Below, in pieces: positions 29,523 to 36,152 of a DNA stretch of 64,000 nt (position 1 is its first letter; each line of letters begins with the position of its first letter). The DNA comes from Limisphaerales bacterium. GTDB taxonomy: Bacteria; Verrucomicrobiota; Verrucomicrobiia; Limisphaerales; JADLHS01. The notes under the pieces were generated by a model. The model was not told where the DNA came from. It saw only the letters and a list, made by a program, of their open reading frames with translations, and ran no database searches. Both the position numbers and the translations under genes were made by a program. The stretch lies in NCBI GenBank assembly GCA_044225555.1, contig JBGAIM010000018.1, positions 73,382 to 137,381 of the forward strand. Reading direction: 5' to 3'.

Positions 29523-30536
29523 ATGAAAAACCTCTGGAAAACATTTTGCCTGCTCCCGATTCCGCTCATGGCAATCAGTCAGGCGCAAACCACCACCCCC
29601 ACGACGGTGGCCGCGGCGGCCAACGCCCCGGCGGTTTTGCCGGGCAAGGGACTCGCGCAGCACGACTTCTTTTACGCGGGCGAGGCGAAGGAGGAACGCC
29701 TGTTCATCGTGCGGAAGGGCGCGATCGTCTGGTCATACACGCATCCGGGGCGGGGCGAGATCAGCGATGCGGTGTGGCAGCCGAATGGGAATATTCTCTT
29801 CGCGCATCAGTATGGGGTGACGGAAGTCTCCGCCGAGAAAAAGGTTCTCTGGAATTACGATGCGCCCACGAACTCGGAAATCCACACCGCGATGCCGTTC
29901 GGCACAGACAGCGTCTGGTTCGTGCAGAACAGCGACCCGGCCAAGTTTGTCGTTCTCAACAAGACCACCGGCAAAGTCGAACGCGAATTCGTGCTGCCGG
30001 TGAAAAATCCCCGGAGCATCCACGGTCAGTTCCGCCACGCGCGCATGACGGATGCGGGCACGCTGCTCGTCGCCCACATGGATCTGGGCAAGGCCGCCGA
30101 GTATGATTTGAACGGCCAGGAACTCTGGTCGCTGGACGTACCGGGCATCTGGTCGGCTGTGCCCCTGAAGAACGGCAATGTCCTGGTCGTCAGCACCCGC
30201 AAGTTTGTGCGCGAGGTCAATCGCGCCGGGGCCACCGTTTGGGAATGGACCCCGGCCGACGCGCCCGGTTACAGGTTTTCAAATCTGCAACTTGCCGTGC
30301 GCCTGCCCAGCGGCAATACGATCATCAACGACTGGTTCAACCAATGGTCCGGTAAGGTGGACACAAACAATCCACCGGTGCAGGCCATTGAAGTCACCCC
30401 GGACAAACAGATCGTCTGGGCTTTGCGCTCCTGGACGCCGCCGGCCGATCTCGGCCCGGCCACGACCATCCAGATCCTTCCCGCCATCGCGCCGGCAACC
30501 GACGCGCCGGCGGCCGGTCCAGGCAACCATCCGTAA
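29523..30536 (+). CDS. Secreted beta-propeller-like hypothetical protein
   Basis: Signal peptide MKNLWKTFCLLPIPLMAISQA. Repeated W-containing blade-like segments (IVWSY, VLWNYD, ELWSLD, TVWEW, IVWAL). Confidence 0.5.
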   Translation: MKNLWKTFCLLPIPLMAISQAQTTTPTTVAAAANAPAVLPGKGLAQHDFFYAGEAKEERLFIVRKGAIVWSYTHPGRGEISDAVWQPNGNILFAHQYGVTEVSAEKKVLWNYDAPTNSEIHTAMPFGTDSVWFVQNSDPAKFVVLNKTTGKVEREFVLPVKNPRSIHGQFRHARMTDAGTLLVAHMDLGKAAEYDLNGQELWSLDVPGIWSAVPLKNGNVLVVSTRKFVREVNRAGATVWEWTPADAPGYRFSNLQLAVRLPSGNTIINDWFNQWSGKVDTNNPPVQAIEVTPDKQIVWALRSWTPPADLGPATTIQILPAIAPATDAPAAGPGNHP

Positions 30537-30662
30537 CGCCGGGGTCCAGATGGATTTGACCGCGGGGCGGGTTGCGCGGCGGGAGCGCTCGCCGAAGGTG
30601 CCGGCGATGCAAACAAAGCCTTGGAGGAAACCGGTTTCGCCCTAAGATATTTCCCGGCGACC

Positions 30663-31508
30663 ATGAGCGACAGCAACAACCCTTTCACCGAATATGTGAC
30701 CAGATCAAAATGTTCCCGATCCACGAGGGTGGCGATCGGGATCCTGGCGATGCTCGTCGTGGTATCGGTGGCGGCAGTGATTGCTCTGGGGTCGTTGGTT
30801 CGCCGCGAGCGGCTGGAAAGGGAGACGCTCCGCACCCGCCTCAGTCAGGTGGTGATGGAAGCCCAGAACGCGCAGGTCACCGCCGCCGAACGACTGGAAT
30901 CGATCACCCGACTAAGGGAGCGGGTGGCGGAGTTGGAAAAGGAAAAGGAGCTGGCCGTAAAAGCCGCGCGCGGATTGGAAGAGGAAATGCGCGCCGAACT
31001 CGAATCCAAGGACGTCACCATCTCCAAGTTGCAAGGCAAACTGACGGTCAATATCCTCGACCGCATCCTGTTTGATTCCGGCGAAGCGGTGTTGAAAAGT
31101 GACGGCGAGACCGTGCTGAACAAAATCGCGGCCATCCTCGCGCAACATCCGGAACTCAAAATTCACGTGATCGGCCACACCGACAACGTGCCGATTCGTC
31201 CGGGCGCCCGCGGCCGGTTCGCCAGCAACTGGGAACTTTCAACGGCCCGGGCGCTGGCTGCGGTGCGCTTTCTGACGGAGCGCGCAGGCGTGGACCCACG
31301 CCGTTTGGGGGCCGTTGGCTACGGTGAGTTCCGGCCCATCGCTGACAATGCGACCGCTGAGGGGCGCGCGCGCAACCGGCGCATCGCGGTCACCATCCTC
31401 GCGGATGAACTGGCTGGTGCCGATACGGTGCCCGCGGCACAGCCTTCCGTGACGACCAATGCCCCGCCATCAGAAGTGGAGCCCCGACTTCCTCTGCCCG
31501 CAGACTAA
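30663..31508 (+). CDS. OmpA/MotB-domain protein with coiled-coil linker
   Basis: TM segment VAIGILAMLVVVSVAAVIAL, a coiled coil, then the OmpA-like region ILFDSGEAVLKSDGETVL...HTDNVPI...SNWELSTARALAVRF...NRRIAVTIL. ORF 30621..31508, likely start ATG 30663. Confidence 0.8.
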   Translation: MSDSNNPFTEYVTRSKCSRSTRVAIGILAMLVVVSVAAVIALGSLVRRERLERETLRTRLSQVVMEAQNAQVTAAERLESITRLRERVAELEKEKELAVKAARGLEEEMRAELESKDVTISKLQGKLTVNILDRILFDSGEAVLKSDGETVLNKIAAILAQHPELKIHVIGHTDNVPIRPGARGRFASNWELSTARALAAVRFLTERAGVDPRRLGAVGYGEFRPIADNATAEGRARNRRIAVTILADELAGADTVPAAQPSVTTNAPPSEVEPRLPLPAD

Positions 31509-31944
31509 CCAGACCAGGGCGCATCACCGTTGCAGACGGTTTCCAAAGGGGGGCGCGGCAAAAAGAAAAATCGTGGAAGCTCGGGCCGCTGGACTGGTTC
31601 CCAGCCACCGGTAAAAGAAAATCCGCCATCGTTGTGTTGAGGTCTGGTATCAAACAATGCGGATATTTGAATTCAAAATTTGTCACCCCCACAAAGTATA
31701 AGTGGACTGTAACCATGCTCTCGTGATACTCGTCTTGCACGTTCGATGAGAAACTGCATGAACATAACCGCCACGAGTTGGCCGAAGATGTCGGTCGCGA
31801 AAGCGACCCGTCATAGCCGGTATAACCCGGGTGGTGTGTTTAGCCAGAGGCTATCCCTCGCACCCATTGGGCAACGTCCCGAAGGTAATTTGGATAGACT
31901 CGGTGTAGGCAGGTTCTGAAGAAGCGAACGAAAGATTTCTCTCA

Positions 31945-31977
31945 CCCTGCTTACCGCGATGTAAGCAGGGTTTTTTG
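31945..31977 (+). terminator. Rho-independent terminator-like hairpin
   Basis: CCCTGCTTAC-CGCGAT-GTAAGCAGGG (10-bp perfect stem) followed by TTTTTTG. Lies ~440 nt downstream of the OmpA-like gene, so it may end an unannotated RNA. Confidence 0.6.
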
Positions 31978-32277
31978 TTCCCTGAAACTGATGGTGAAAT
32001 GGCCGCAACGAAAGGTGACGATCTGTGAACGATAACCAAGTGACGTCTTGATGATGTCTGACCGTGCCAAGCGAATTGAGGCGCAGGAATGCCGAGGCAT
32101 TCCACCGGTGGGGTCTGCCCATCGTGAGCGAAGACGCGCGCCGAGACGATTGGAAACGCTTTTACAATTTAAGGGCTTCGGAGGAGGTGTGCCCCTAAAC
32201 ACCGAAACAGCCGCCGTGAATCCGCGGGTTGGTAGCGCAAGCTAGCAAGAGGTGTTTGTTCTTTATTGAAATGGCAG

Positions 32278-32316
32278 GGGCCGGGAGTGCAATGACGCTC
32301 CCGGCCCTTTCAATTT
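32278..32316 (+). terminator. Strong hairpin plus TTTCAATTT, immediately upstream of the first tRNA-like gene
   Basis: GGGCCGGGAG...CTCCCGGCCC (10-bp stem) followed by TTTCAATTT. The same TTTCAATTT tail follows the hairpin at 39301..39338. Confidence 0.45.
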
Positions 32317-32318
32317 CC

Positions 32319-32393
32319 GCGGTTGTGATTTAACAGCCAGAATACCTCCCCGCCACGGAGGACGTCCGGGTGCGATTCCCGGCAACCGCACCA
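32319..32393 (+). tRNA. tRNA-like gene, anticodon GCC (Gly-type), non-canonical G55 T-loop
   Basis: Acceptor GCGGTTG/CAACCGC. Anticodon (AC) stem CCTCC/GGAGG, loop CCGCCAC (C33). T arm CCGGG-TGCGATT-CCCGG. A73 plus encoded CCA. 75 nt. Folded by eye. Confidence 0.55.
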
Positions 32394-32402
32394 TTCCATT
32401 CT

Positions 32403-32554
32403 CGATTTATGATTTGCGATTTACGATTTGCTGTGCGAATCGAACAGGCTGCGCGTCAGCACGCGGCCGAGTCTCCAAAACTCAGCTTACTCCGGGCAGC
32501 ACGGAGGCAGCCTGCCAAATCATAAATCGGAAATCGGAAATCATAAATTCATTT
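32403..32554. repeat. Inverted repeat built from 7-nt periodic units (GATTTNN x4 / AAATCNN x5) bracketing tRNA-like 32446..32517
   Basis: Left arm 32403-32430 is cgatttatgatttgcgatttacgatttg. Right arm 32518-32554 is aaatcataaatcggaaatcggaaatcataaattcattt. The arms are imperfectly complementary. Confidence 0.6.
32446..32517 (+). tRNA. tRNA-like gene, anticodon CCA (Trp-type), mini D-arm, GGCAGCA T-loop
   Basis: Acceptor AGGCTGC/GCAGCCT (A1-T72). D hairpin GCGT-CAGC-ACGC. AC loop CTCCAAA. T arm CTCCG-GGCAGCA-CGGAG. G73 plus CCA. 72 nt. Confidence 0.55.
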
Positions 32555-32629
32555 GGGGTCGTGGCAGACAAGCAATGCACTTGCCCTGCAAGCAAGCTGA
32601 TGCGGGAGCGTTACCCGCCGACTCCACCA
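32555..32629 (+). tRNA. tRNA-like gene, anticodon TGC (Ala-type), AGCGTTA T-loop
   Basis: Acceptor GGGGTCG/CGACTCC with G3.T70 wobble. AC stem CTTGC/GCAAG, loop CCTGCAA (C33). T arm GCGGG-AGCGTTA-CCCGC. A73 plus CCA. 75 nt. Confidence 0.6.
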
Positions 32630-32637
32630 TTTCACTT

Positions 32638-32710
32638 TGCGGGGAGTATGAGATTCAGGCGAGCCTCATAAGCTCTGCCTTCGTGGGCGCAACTCCCACC
32701 CCCGCTACCA
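32638..32710 (+). tRNA. tRNA-like gene, anticodon CAT (Met-type, 1-72 mismatch)
   Basis: Acceptor TGCGGGG/CCCCGCT (positions 2-7 paired, T1xT72 mismatch). AC loop CTCATAA. T arm GTGGG-CGCAACT-CCCAC. A73 plus CCA. D region reduced (TGA-GAT-TCA). Confidence 0.5.
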
Positions 32711-32731
32711 CTACTTGCGTAGGGCCACAAA

Positions 32732-32821
32732 GGGAAGTGATCCAGTTGCCCGACTGTAAATCGGGTGTCGCAAAACAAAACTGGAAGTGACGAACTGGAG
32801 CGTTACCAGCACTTCCCACCA
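32732..32821 (+). tRNA. tRNA-like gene, anticodon GTA (Tyr-type), long extra region
   Basis: Acceptor GGGAAGT/ACTTCCC. AC stem CCCGA/TCGGG, loop CTGTAAA. 28-nt extra region in which CTGGA can pair with TCCAG at positions 10-14. T arm ACTGG-AGCGTTA-CCAGC. A73 plus CCA. 90 nt. Confidence 0.5.
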
Positions 32822-32844
32822 GCCTTAGCAAGGCATGCCATCAT

Positions 32845-32919
32845 GCTCTCGTAGCTGAATAGAAAAGCAACCCGTTGTCTGCGGGAAGAGTGTGAGTGCA
32901 AGTCTCACCGGGAGCGCCA
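32845..32919 (+). tRNA. tRNA-like gene, anticodon GTC (Asp-type), G55 T-loop
   Basis: Acceptor GCTCTCG/CGGGAGC. D arm GCT-GAATAGAAA-AGC. AC stem CCCG/CGGG, loop TTGTCTG (pyrimidine at 37, atypical). T arm GTGAG-TGCAAGT-CTCAC. G73 plus CCA. 75 nt. Confidence 0.5.
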
Positions 32920-33013
32920 ATTTAAAATCTCACCGCGCCGCCGTGTCCCAAGGTTTTCGGCAGCGCGATTCTCCACTCCGACGTTCGATTCAATCGTTCG
33001 GCGTCCATTTCAT

Positions 33014-33152
33014 CGGAGCGTAGCTCAGTCTTTGGAGCGCGCGGCTTGGGCCCGCGAGGTCGCAGGTGATTACAATTCGCGATAGCGAACAGATCAATTT
33101 GGGGAACCCATCTTGTAAGGCTTGGGAAGCCCAAATCCTGCCGTTCCGACCA
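33014..33152 (+). tRNA. tRNA-like gene, anticodon TGG (Pro-type), with a 63-nt insertion inside the T-loop
   Basis: Acceptor CGGAGCG/CGTTCCG (C1-G72). D arm GCTC-AGTCTTTG-GAGC. AC stem CGCGG/CCGCG, loop CTTGGGC. T stem GCAGG(33062-66)/CCTGC(33137-41) with loop TG^CAAAT interrupted by 33069-33131. A73 plus CCA. Confidence 0.5.
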
Positions 33153-33162
33153 TTTTCAAAAC

Positions 33163-33239
33163 GCTGCCGTGGCCGAATCATTCAGGCATCCGTCTTCTAA
33201 GCGGACTTCATGCAGGTGGAAATCCTGCCGGCAGCGCCA
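33163..33239 (+). tRNA. tRNA-like gene, anticodon TCT (Arg-type)
   Basis: Acceptor GCTGCCG/CGGCAGC. D arm GCC-GAATCATTCA-GGC. AC stem TCCGT/GCGGA, loop CTTCTAA. T arm GCAGG-TGGAAAT-CCTGC. G73 plus CCA. 77 nt. Confidence 0.6.
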
Positions 33240-33243
33240 ATCT

Positions 33244-33337
33244 GTTGGTTAAAAGTTGAAGGTTACAAGTTGCAGGTTTAATTGCGCGCGCGCAGATGCG
33301 TTCCAACCTGCAACCTTCAACCGACAACTTGCAACCC
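33244..33337. repeat. Inverted repeat built from 7-nt periodic units (GTTGNAG / CTNCAAC type)
   Basis: Left arm gttggttaaaagttgaaggttacaagttgcaggtt. Right arm aacctgcaaccttcaaccgacaacttgcaaccc. GC-rich central loop taattgcgcgcgcgcagatgcgttcc. Confidence 0.6.
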
Positions 33338-33343
33338 TCGAAA

Positions 33344-33418
33344 TGCCAGGTGGTGTCAAAGTAGCACGGCGGCCTGTTAAGCCGTTCGGTGTTGGTGCGA
33401 GTCCAACCCTGGCAGCCA
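33344..33418 (+). tRNA. tRNA-like gene, anticodon GTT (Asn-type)
   Basis: Acceptor TGCCAGG/CCTGGCA (T1-A72). D arm GTG-TCAAAGTAG-CAC. AC stem GCGGC/GCCGT, loop CTGTTAA. T arm GTTGG-TGCGAGT-CCAAC. G73 plus CCA. 75 nt. Confidence 0.65.
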
Positions 33419-33424
33419 ATTTTA

Positions 33425-33518
33425 TTTTCGATCTACGAATGACGATTTACGAAACGCTTGGAGATTTGCCACTACCAGTCAGCGCGTAAATCCTAAATCC
33501 AAAATCGCAAATCTCGCG
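33425..33518. repeat. Inverted repeat built from 7-nt periodic units (CGATTTA type)
   Basis: Left arm ttttcgatctacgaatgacgatttacgaaacgc. Right arm gcgcgtaaatcctaaatccaaaatcgcaaatctcgcg. The arms are imperfectly complementary. Confidence 0.5.
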
Positions 33519-33607
33519 GAAGGCAGGCAGATATAAGCTGGCTGCACCTGTCTCGAAAACAGGTTCCGTTTCCACGGAGGTCGGAGCATTACCGACGCCT
33601 TCCGCCA
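33518..33607 (+). tRNA. tRNA-like gene, anticodon CGA (Ser-type, class II variable arm)
   Basis: Acceptor GGAAGGC/GCCTTCC. D arm GCAG-ATATAAGCTGG-CTGC. AC stem CCTGT/ACAGG, loop CTCGAAA. Variable arm TCCG-TTTCCA-CGGA. T arm GTCGG-AGCATTA-CCGAC. G73 plus CCA. 90 nt. Confidence 0.65.
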
Positions 33608-33624
33608 AATTCTTTAACAAGCAT

Positions 33625-33698
33625 TGTCCCGTAGCTCAAAAGCAGAGCGCTCGCCTGATAAGCGAGAGACCGCGGAGCGTCACCGCGCGGGACAACCA
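33625..33698 (+). tRNA. tRNA-like gene, anticodon GAT (Ile-type)
   Basis: Acceptor TGTCCCG/CGGGACA. D arm GCTC-AAAAGCA-GAGC. AC stem CTCGC/GCGAG, loop CTGATAA. T arm CGCGG-AGCGTCA-CCGCG. A73 plus CCA. 74 nt. Confidence 0.65.
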
Positions 33699-33731
33699 AT
33701 TTCCGCACAGGTAAAGGCCGTGCGCCAGCAC

Positions 33732-33806
33732 CCCCGAATAGCTGAGACAGATTAGCGTCTCGTTGAAGCCGAGGAGACGTTGGTGCGAAACCAACTTCGG
33801 GGACCA
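33732..33806 (+). tRNA. tRNA-like gene, anticodon GAA (Phe-type)
   Basis: Acceptor CCCCGAA/TTCGGGG. D arm GCT-GAGACAGATT-AGC. AC stem TCTCG/CGAGG, loop TTGAAGC. T arm GTTGG-TGCGAAA-CCAAC. A73 plus CCA. 75 nt. Confidence 0.6.
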
Positions 33807-33812
33807 ATTTCA

Positions 33813-33890
33813 GTCCGTGAATGCAAAGCAGCTCGCGCGTCCAGTCCTTCAAGCTGGTCCTAGCCGGTGCGAGTCCGGCCACGGATGCCA
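33813..33890 (+). tRNA. tRNA-like gene, anticodon TTC (Glu-type)
   Basis: Acceptor GTCCGTG/CACGGAT (G1.T72). AC stem CCAGT/GCTGG, loop CCTTCAA (C33). T arm GCCGG-TGCGAGT-CCGGC. G73 plus CCA. D region poorly defined. 78 nt. Confidence 0.5.
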
Positions 33891-33910
33891 ATGCTGGCTC
33901 AAGGCCAATT

Positions 33911-33988
33911 GCTCTCAAGGTGTAATTAGTTCTGCACGCCGCTCTGCGAAGGCGGAGGTTCGTGGTGCAAATCCACGTGAGAGCACCA
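33911..33988 (+). tRNA. tRNA-like gene, anticodon GCG (Arg-type)
   Basis: Acceptor GCTCTCA/TGAGAGC. D arm GTG-TAATTAGTTCTG-CAC. AC stem CCGCT/GGCGG, loop CTGCGAA. T arm CGTGG-TGCAAAT-CCACG. A73 plus CCA. 78 nt. Confidence 0.6.
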
Positions 33989-33992
33989 TTTT

Positions 33993-34080
33993 GATCTACG
34001 ATTTCAGATTTACGATTGCCGATTTTCGCGGGCCCGATAGCGCGGCCCATTCGTAAATCGTAAATCAACAATCGTAAATT
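33993..34080. repeat. Inverted repeat built from 7-nt periodic units (ACGATTT / AAATCGT type)
   Basis: Left arm gatctacgatttcagatttacgattgccgattttcgcgggcc. Right arm gcgcggcccattcgtaaatcgtaaatcaacaatcgtaaatt. This repeat generates the spurious IYDLR-type ORFs in the track. Confidence 0.55.
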
Positions 34081-34085
34081 CCGTT

Positions 34086-34161
34086 GCCCCCGTGCCTCAG
34101 CAGCTACAGGGCGGGTTTCGTAAACCCGTATTCGTCGGTGCGAGTCCGACCCGGGGCTCCA
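34086..34161 (+). tRNA. tRNA-like gene, anticodon CGT (Thr-type)
   Basis: Acceptor GCCCCCG/CCGGGGC (one C.C mismatch). D arm CCT-CAGCAGCTAC-AGG. AC stem CGGGT/ACCCG, loop TTCGTAA. T arm GTCGG-TGCGAGT-CCGAC. T73 plus CCA. 76 nt. Confidence 0.6.
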
Positions 34162-34175
34162 GATTCAGAGCGAAA

Positions 34176-34232
34176 GGCGGAGCGCGGAACGAACCGCCCA
34201 CAGTCGGGCATTCCGCACTCCGCCGGTGATTG
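34176..34232. terminator. Long hairpin between the first tRNA-like block (+) and the convergent TIGR03067 gene (-)
   Basis: GGCGGAGCGCGGAA...TTCCGCACTCCGCC, a 14-bp stem with one mismatch. There is no clear U-tract, so a terminator role is tentative. Confidence 0.3.
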
Positions 34233-34255
34233 GAGGTTGGTCTTGGTTCCCCGAC

Positions 34256-35320
34256 CTACTTCTTCGGCCGCCATTGACTGAAAGTGCGGCCGCTTCCGGC
34301 CGACGCGGAGAAGTCATCCGGCCGCGGCCCGCCGGGAGCGCCCATACAGAAACAGGCTTCGTCGCCGTCCCATTTGAACAACCCAAGCTGGATCGCACCC
34401 GGGCAGGCAGCCGCAATGCTGTAATAATCCACCTGCATCGGCTCCATGCTCTCGTTGATCCTGACCAATGCGTGGATGATGGTCTGTCCGCCGACTGTGA
34501 TTTTCACCTCGTTGCCAGACGCACTGCGGCGCGCCGTCCACAGCAGCATTTTGGGGAGTTCTTGGCCGTCGCGATTGATTGTCACCGCGCCCCACTCACC
34601 TTGAAGTTTTGTCAGCGTCGGCGACGGCATGAATGCGAATGCATCTTTGGATGGCGAACCCGGTGGTGCGACGCTGGCGGGTGGCGTTCCCCCGGTGACA
34701 TTGTCCGGACGGGCCATGGAAGTCCGCTTCAGCGTCTCGAAGGCATGGCCGCTTCCAGGGCTAGAGCTGAACTTGGCAGGTCGCGGTTTGCCATTCAGGT
34801 CGAGGCAGATCTCAAGAACGTCGCCGTTGAGCCGGAAAATGCCGTAGTTCCAATTCCCGGCTTCTGGGCCGGCGACGAATTCAATGTCGATTTCATGTGG
34901 CTGAGCCTCGACGTTGATATTGAAGATGCCTTCGTAATTCGCCTCGGGCGATTCGGTGCGAAACCGGTCGCCGTCAATTAACAGGCGGGACGCTTGCATC
35001 GCGGCTGCCGGCATGACACTGCCCTCGACTTCCAAACGCGCGAAGGCCCATGTCCCTTCGAGCGAGCGCAGTTGCTCCACGTGGCGCGCCAGATGAGGCC
35101 AACTGGCGAAACTGCTTTCACGCGCGATGGCGGATTGAGCATCGGCCAGGCGGAATCGCGTATTGAGCACTTCGGTTTCGCTCAGGCGTTTGGCTGCGGG
35201 CAGGTGTTTGAGGATGGTGGCGACTGCTTTTGGGTCGCGCGCGTCGAGCCCGGCCAGGAGTTTCTTGGCCTGACGCCGAAGATGGTCCAGGTTCGGTCGG
35301 GCCGGTAGTTGCTTTTCCAT
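34256..35320 (-). CDS. Tandem TIGR03067-domain protein
   Basis: Start trimmed to MEKQLPARPNLDHLRRQAKKLL (ATG 35320). Two copies of the pattern L.G.W......G......GIF.L.GD.L.IC......RP..F. The track ORF's 98-aa upstream extension overlaps RNA genes and is rejected. Confidence 0.7.
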   Translation of the reverse strand: MEKQLPARPNLDHLRRQAKKLLAGLDARDPKAVATILKHLPAAKRLSETEVLNTRFRLADAQSAIARESSFASWPHLARHVEQLRSLEGTWAFARLEVEGSVMPAAAMQASRLLIDGDRFRTESPEANYEGIFNINVEAQPHEIDIEFVAGPEAGNWNYGIFRLNGDVLEICLDLNGKPRPAKFSSSPGSGHAFETLKRTSMARPDNVTGGTPPASVAPPGSPSKDAFAFMPSPTLTKLQGEWGAVTINRDGQELPKMLLWTARRSASGNEVKITVGGQTIIHALVRINESMEPMQVDYYSIAAACPGAIQLGLFKWDGDEACFCMGAPGGPRPDDFSASAGSGRTFSQWRPKK

Positions 35321-35502
35321 AATGTTCTCCGCGGTAATGCCTGGATCCGCAAACAGGCGGCACGAAGAACGTGCGGTTGTTGTTCTGTTGGATTTGAAGT
35401 CGGGTTGAACCCTTTCCGCGGATCCGGTGGCTTGCTTCGAGCCGTGCCGAAATCCTACGAAAGCCGCGGTGGGAGGCCAGAGAATTTTATGCAAACCTGA
35501 TT

Positions 35503-35577
35503 CAGGATCGTGGTGTAATAGCAGCATCTTCGCCCGTGAAGCGAACGGTCCGGGTGCAAATCCCGGCTTCCTGACCA
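35503..35577 (+). tRNA. tRNA-like gene, anticodon GTG (His-type)
   Basis: Acceptor CAGGATC/CTTCCTG (5 bp plus 2 mismatches). D arm GGTG-TAATAGCAG-CATC. AC stem TTCGC/GCGAA, loop CCGTGAA (C33). T arm CCGGG-TGCAAAT-CCCGG. A73 plus CCA. 75 nt. Confidence 0.5.
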
Positions 35578-35583
35578 TTTTTC

Positions 35584-35733
35584 GATGGGCCGCTCGTCGT
35601 GGATTATCGCTCAACCAATCGAAACCGAATGCGGATGTAGTTCAACGGCGATAGAACACCCGGACGCGAGTCCGGGAGATGCAGATTCGAGACCTGCCTT
35701 CCGGTTTCTAAGCCACCGCACTTCTTGCCCATC
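35584..35733 (+). ncRNA. Y RNA-like module 1 (YrlA-like: Ro-binding stem plus internal tRNA-like domain)
   Basis: Closing helix 5' GATGGG-C-CG (35584-92) / 3' CTTG-CCCATC (35724-33) with bulged C. Followed by GGATTATC. Internal D arm GTTC-AACGGCGATA-GAAC. Anticodon-position stem CCCGGAC-GCGA-GTCCGGG (GNRA cap). T arm GCAGA-TTCGAGA-CCTGC. Helix GAAACCG/CGGTTTC. Confidence 0.6.
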
Positions 35734-35817
35734 TGAATCTGCTGTCGCAGAAAGATTTTTTGCGACGCAAACAACATCCGATCGTTGCGACGCGAAATGT
35801 CGTGTTCGCAACAGGAC

Positions 35818-35893
35818 CGCCTCGTAGTTCAACTGCGTTAGAACACCCGAAGAAATTCGGGAGACATGGGTTCGATTCCCATCGAGTGCGCCA
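35818..35893 (+). ncRNA. Anticodon-less tRNA-sized RNA (tRNA mimic with GAAA-capped anticodon stem and encoded CCA)
   Basis: 76 nt. Acceptor CGCCTCG/CGAG(T)GCG. D arm GTTC-AACTGCGTTA-GAAC. Stem CCCGAA-GAAA-TTCGGG in place of the anticodon arm. Canonical T arm ATGGG-TTCGATT-CCCAT. 3' CCA. Its D arm is paralogous to that of module 1. Confidence 0.55.
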
Positions 35894-35898
35894 CTTTC

Positions 35899-36005
35899 GA
35901 CGGGCCGTTGAGTTTGGATTATCGGTGAAGTCCGAAAGGATGAGCGGGTTCAAATCCCGCCCCAGCCGCCAGATGGCTGGGTTTCCAACTCGCTCCTTGT
36001 CCGTC
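35899..36005 (+). ncRNA. Y RNA-like module 2
   Basis: 5' GACGGG-C-CG / 3' CTTG-TCCGTC with bulged C. Upper stem GAGTTTGGA/TCCAACTC. GGATTATC. Internal TCC-GAAA-GGA hairpin. T arm GCGGG-TTCAAAT-CCCGC. Closed 7-bp hairpin CCCAGCC-GCCAGAT-GGCTGGG. No D arm. Confidence 0.5.
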
Positions 36006-36013
36006 ATCCATTT

Positions 36014-36136
36014 GGAATGGGCCGCTGCACTTTGGTTATCGAACTGGTAGCTCAATCGCGTCAGAGCGTCTCGCGCCAGCGGGAAGATTGGGTTCCAATC
36101 CCACCAGAAACATCGAAGTCGTTCCTTGCCCATTCC
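36014..36136 (+). ncRNA. Y RNA-like module 3 (YrlA-like)
   Basis: 5' GGAATGGG-C-CG / 3' CTTG-CCCATTCC (8 bp, bulged C, C-G and G.T). GGTTATC. tRNA-like core CTGG-TA-GCTC-AATCGCGTCA-GAGC-G-TCTCGC-GCCA-GCGGGA-AGAT-TGGG-TTCCAAT-CCCA-CCAG. Confidence 0.65.
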
Positions 36137-36152
36137 ACATTGCAGGCTTTTC

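Noticed and set aside
31978-32277. RNase P RNA, tmRNA, 6S or SRP RNA in the non-coding stretch before the array
   Set aside because: I could not find the conserved cores: the GAGGAAAGTCC P4 region, the tmRNA tRNA-like ends, or the SRP GGAA/AGCA motif. The region is left as unassigned structured RNA.
33069-33131. Group I intron in the Pro-type tRNA-like gene
   Set aside because: The insert is only 63 nt and sits in the T-loop, not the anticodon loop. That is far too small for a group I (or II) intron, so it is reported as an unexplained insertion.
32414-34071. ORFs inside the first RNA block (32414..32671, 32428..32790, 32922..33134, 33256..33489, 33589..34071, 33763..34056)
   Set aside because: They are stitched across cloverleaf genes and heptad repeats (which give the peptides IYDLRM and NRKSEI). 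They have no RBS or start context and no protein-like composition.
35321-35614. 98-aa upstream extension of the TIGR03067 gene, and the 41-aa extension (40040..40162) of the DUF1579 gene
   Set aside because: The extensions run into RNA genes on the other strand and lack signal-peptide or domain content. Internal ATGs give standard N-termini.
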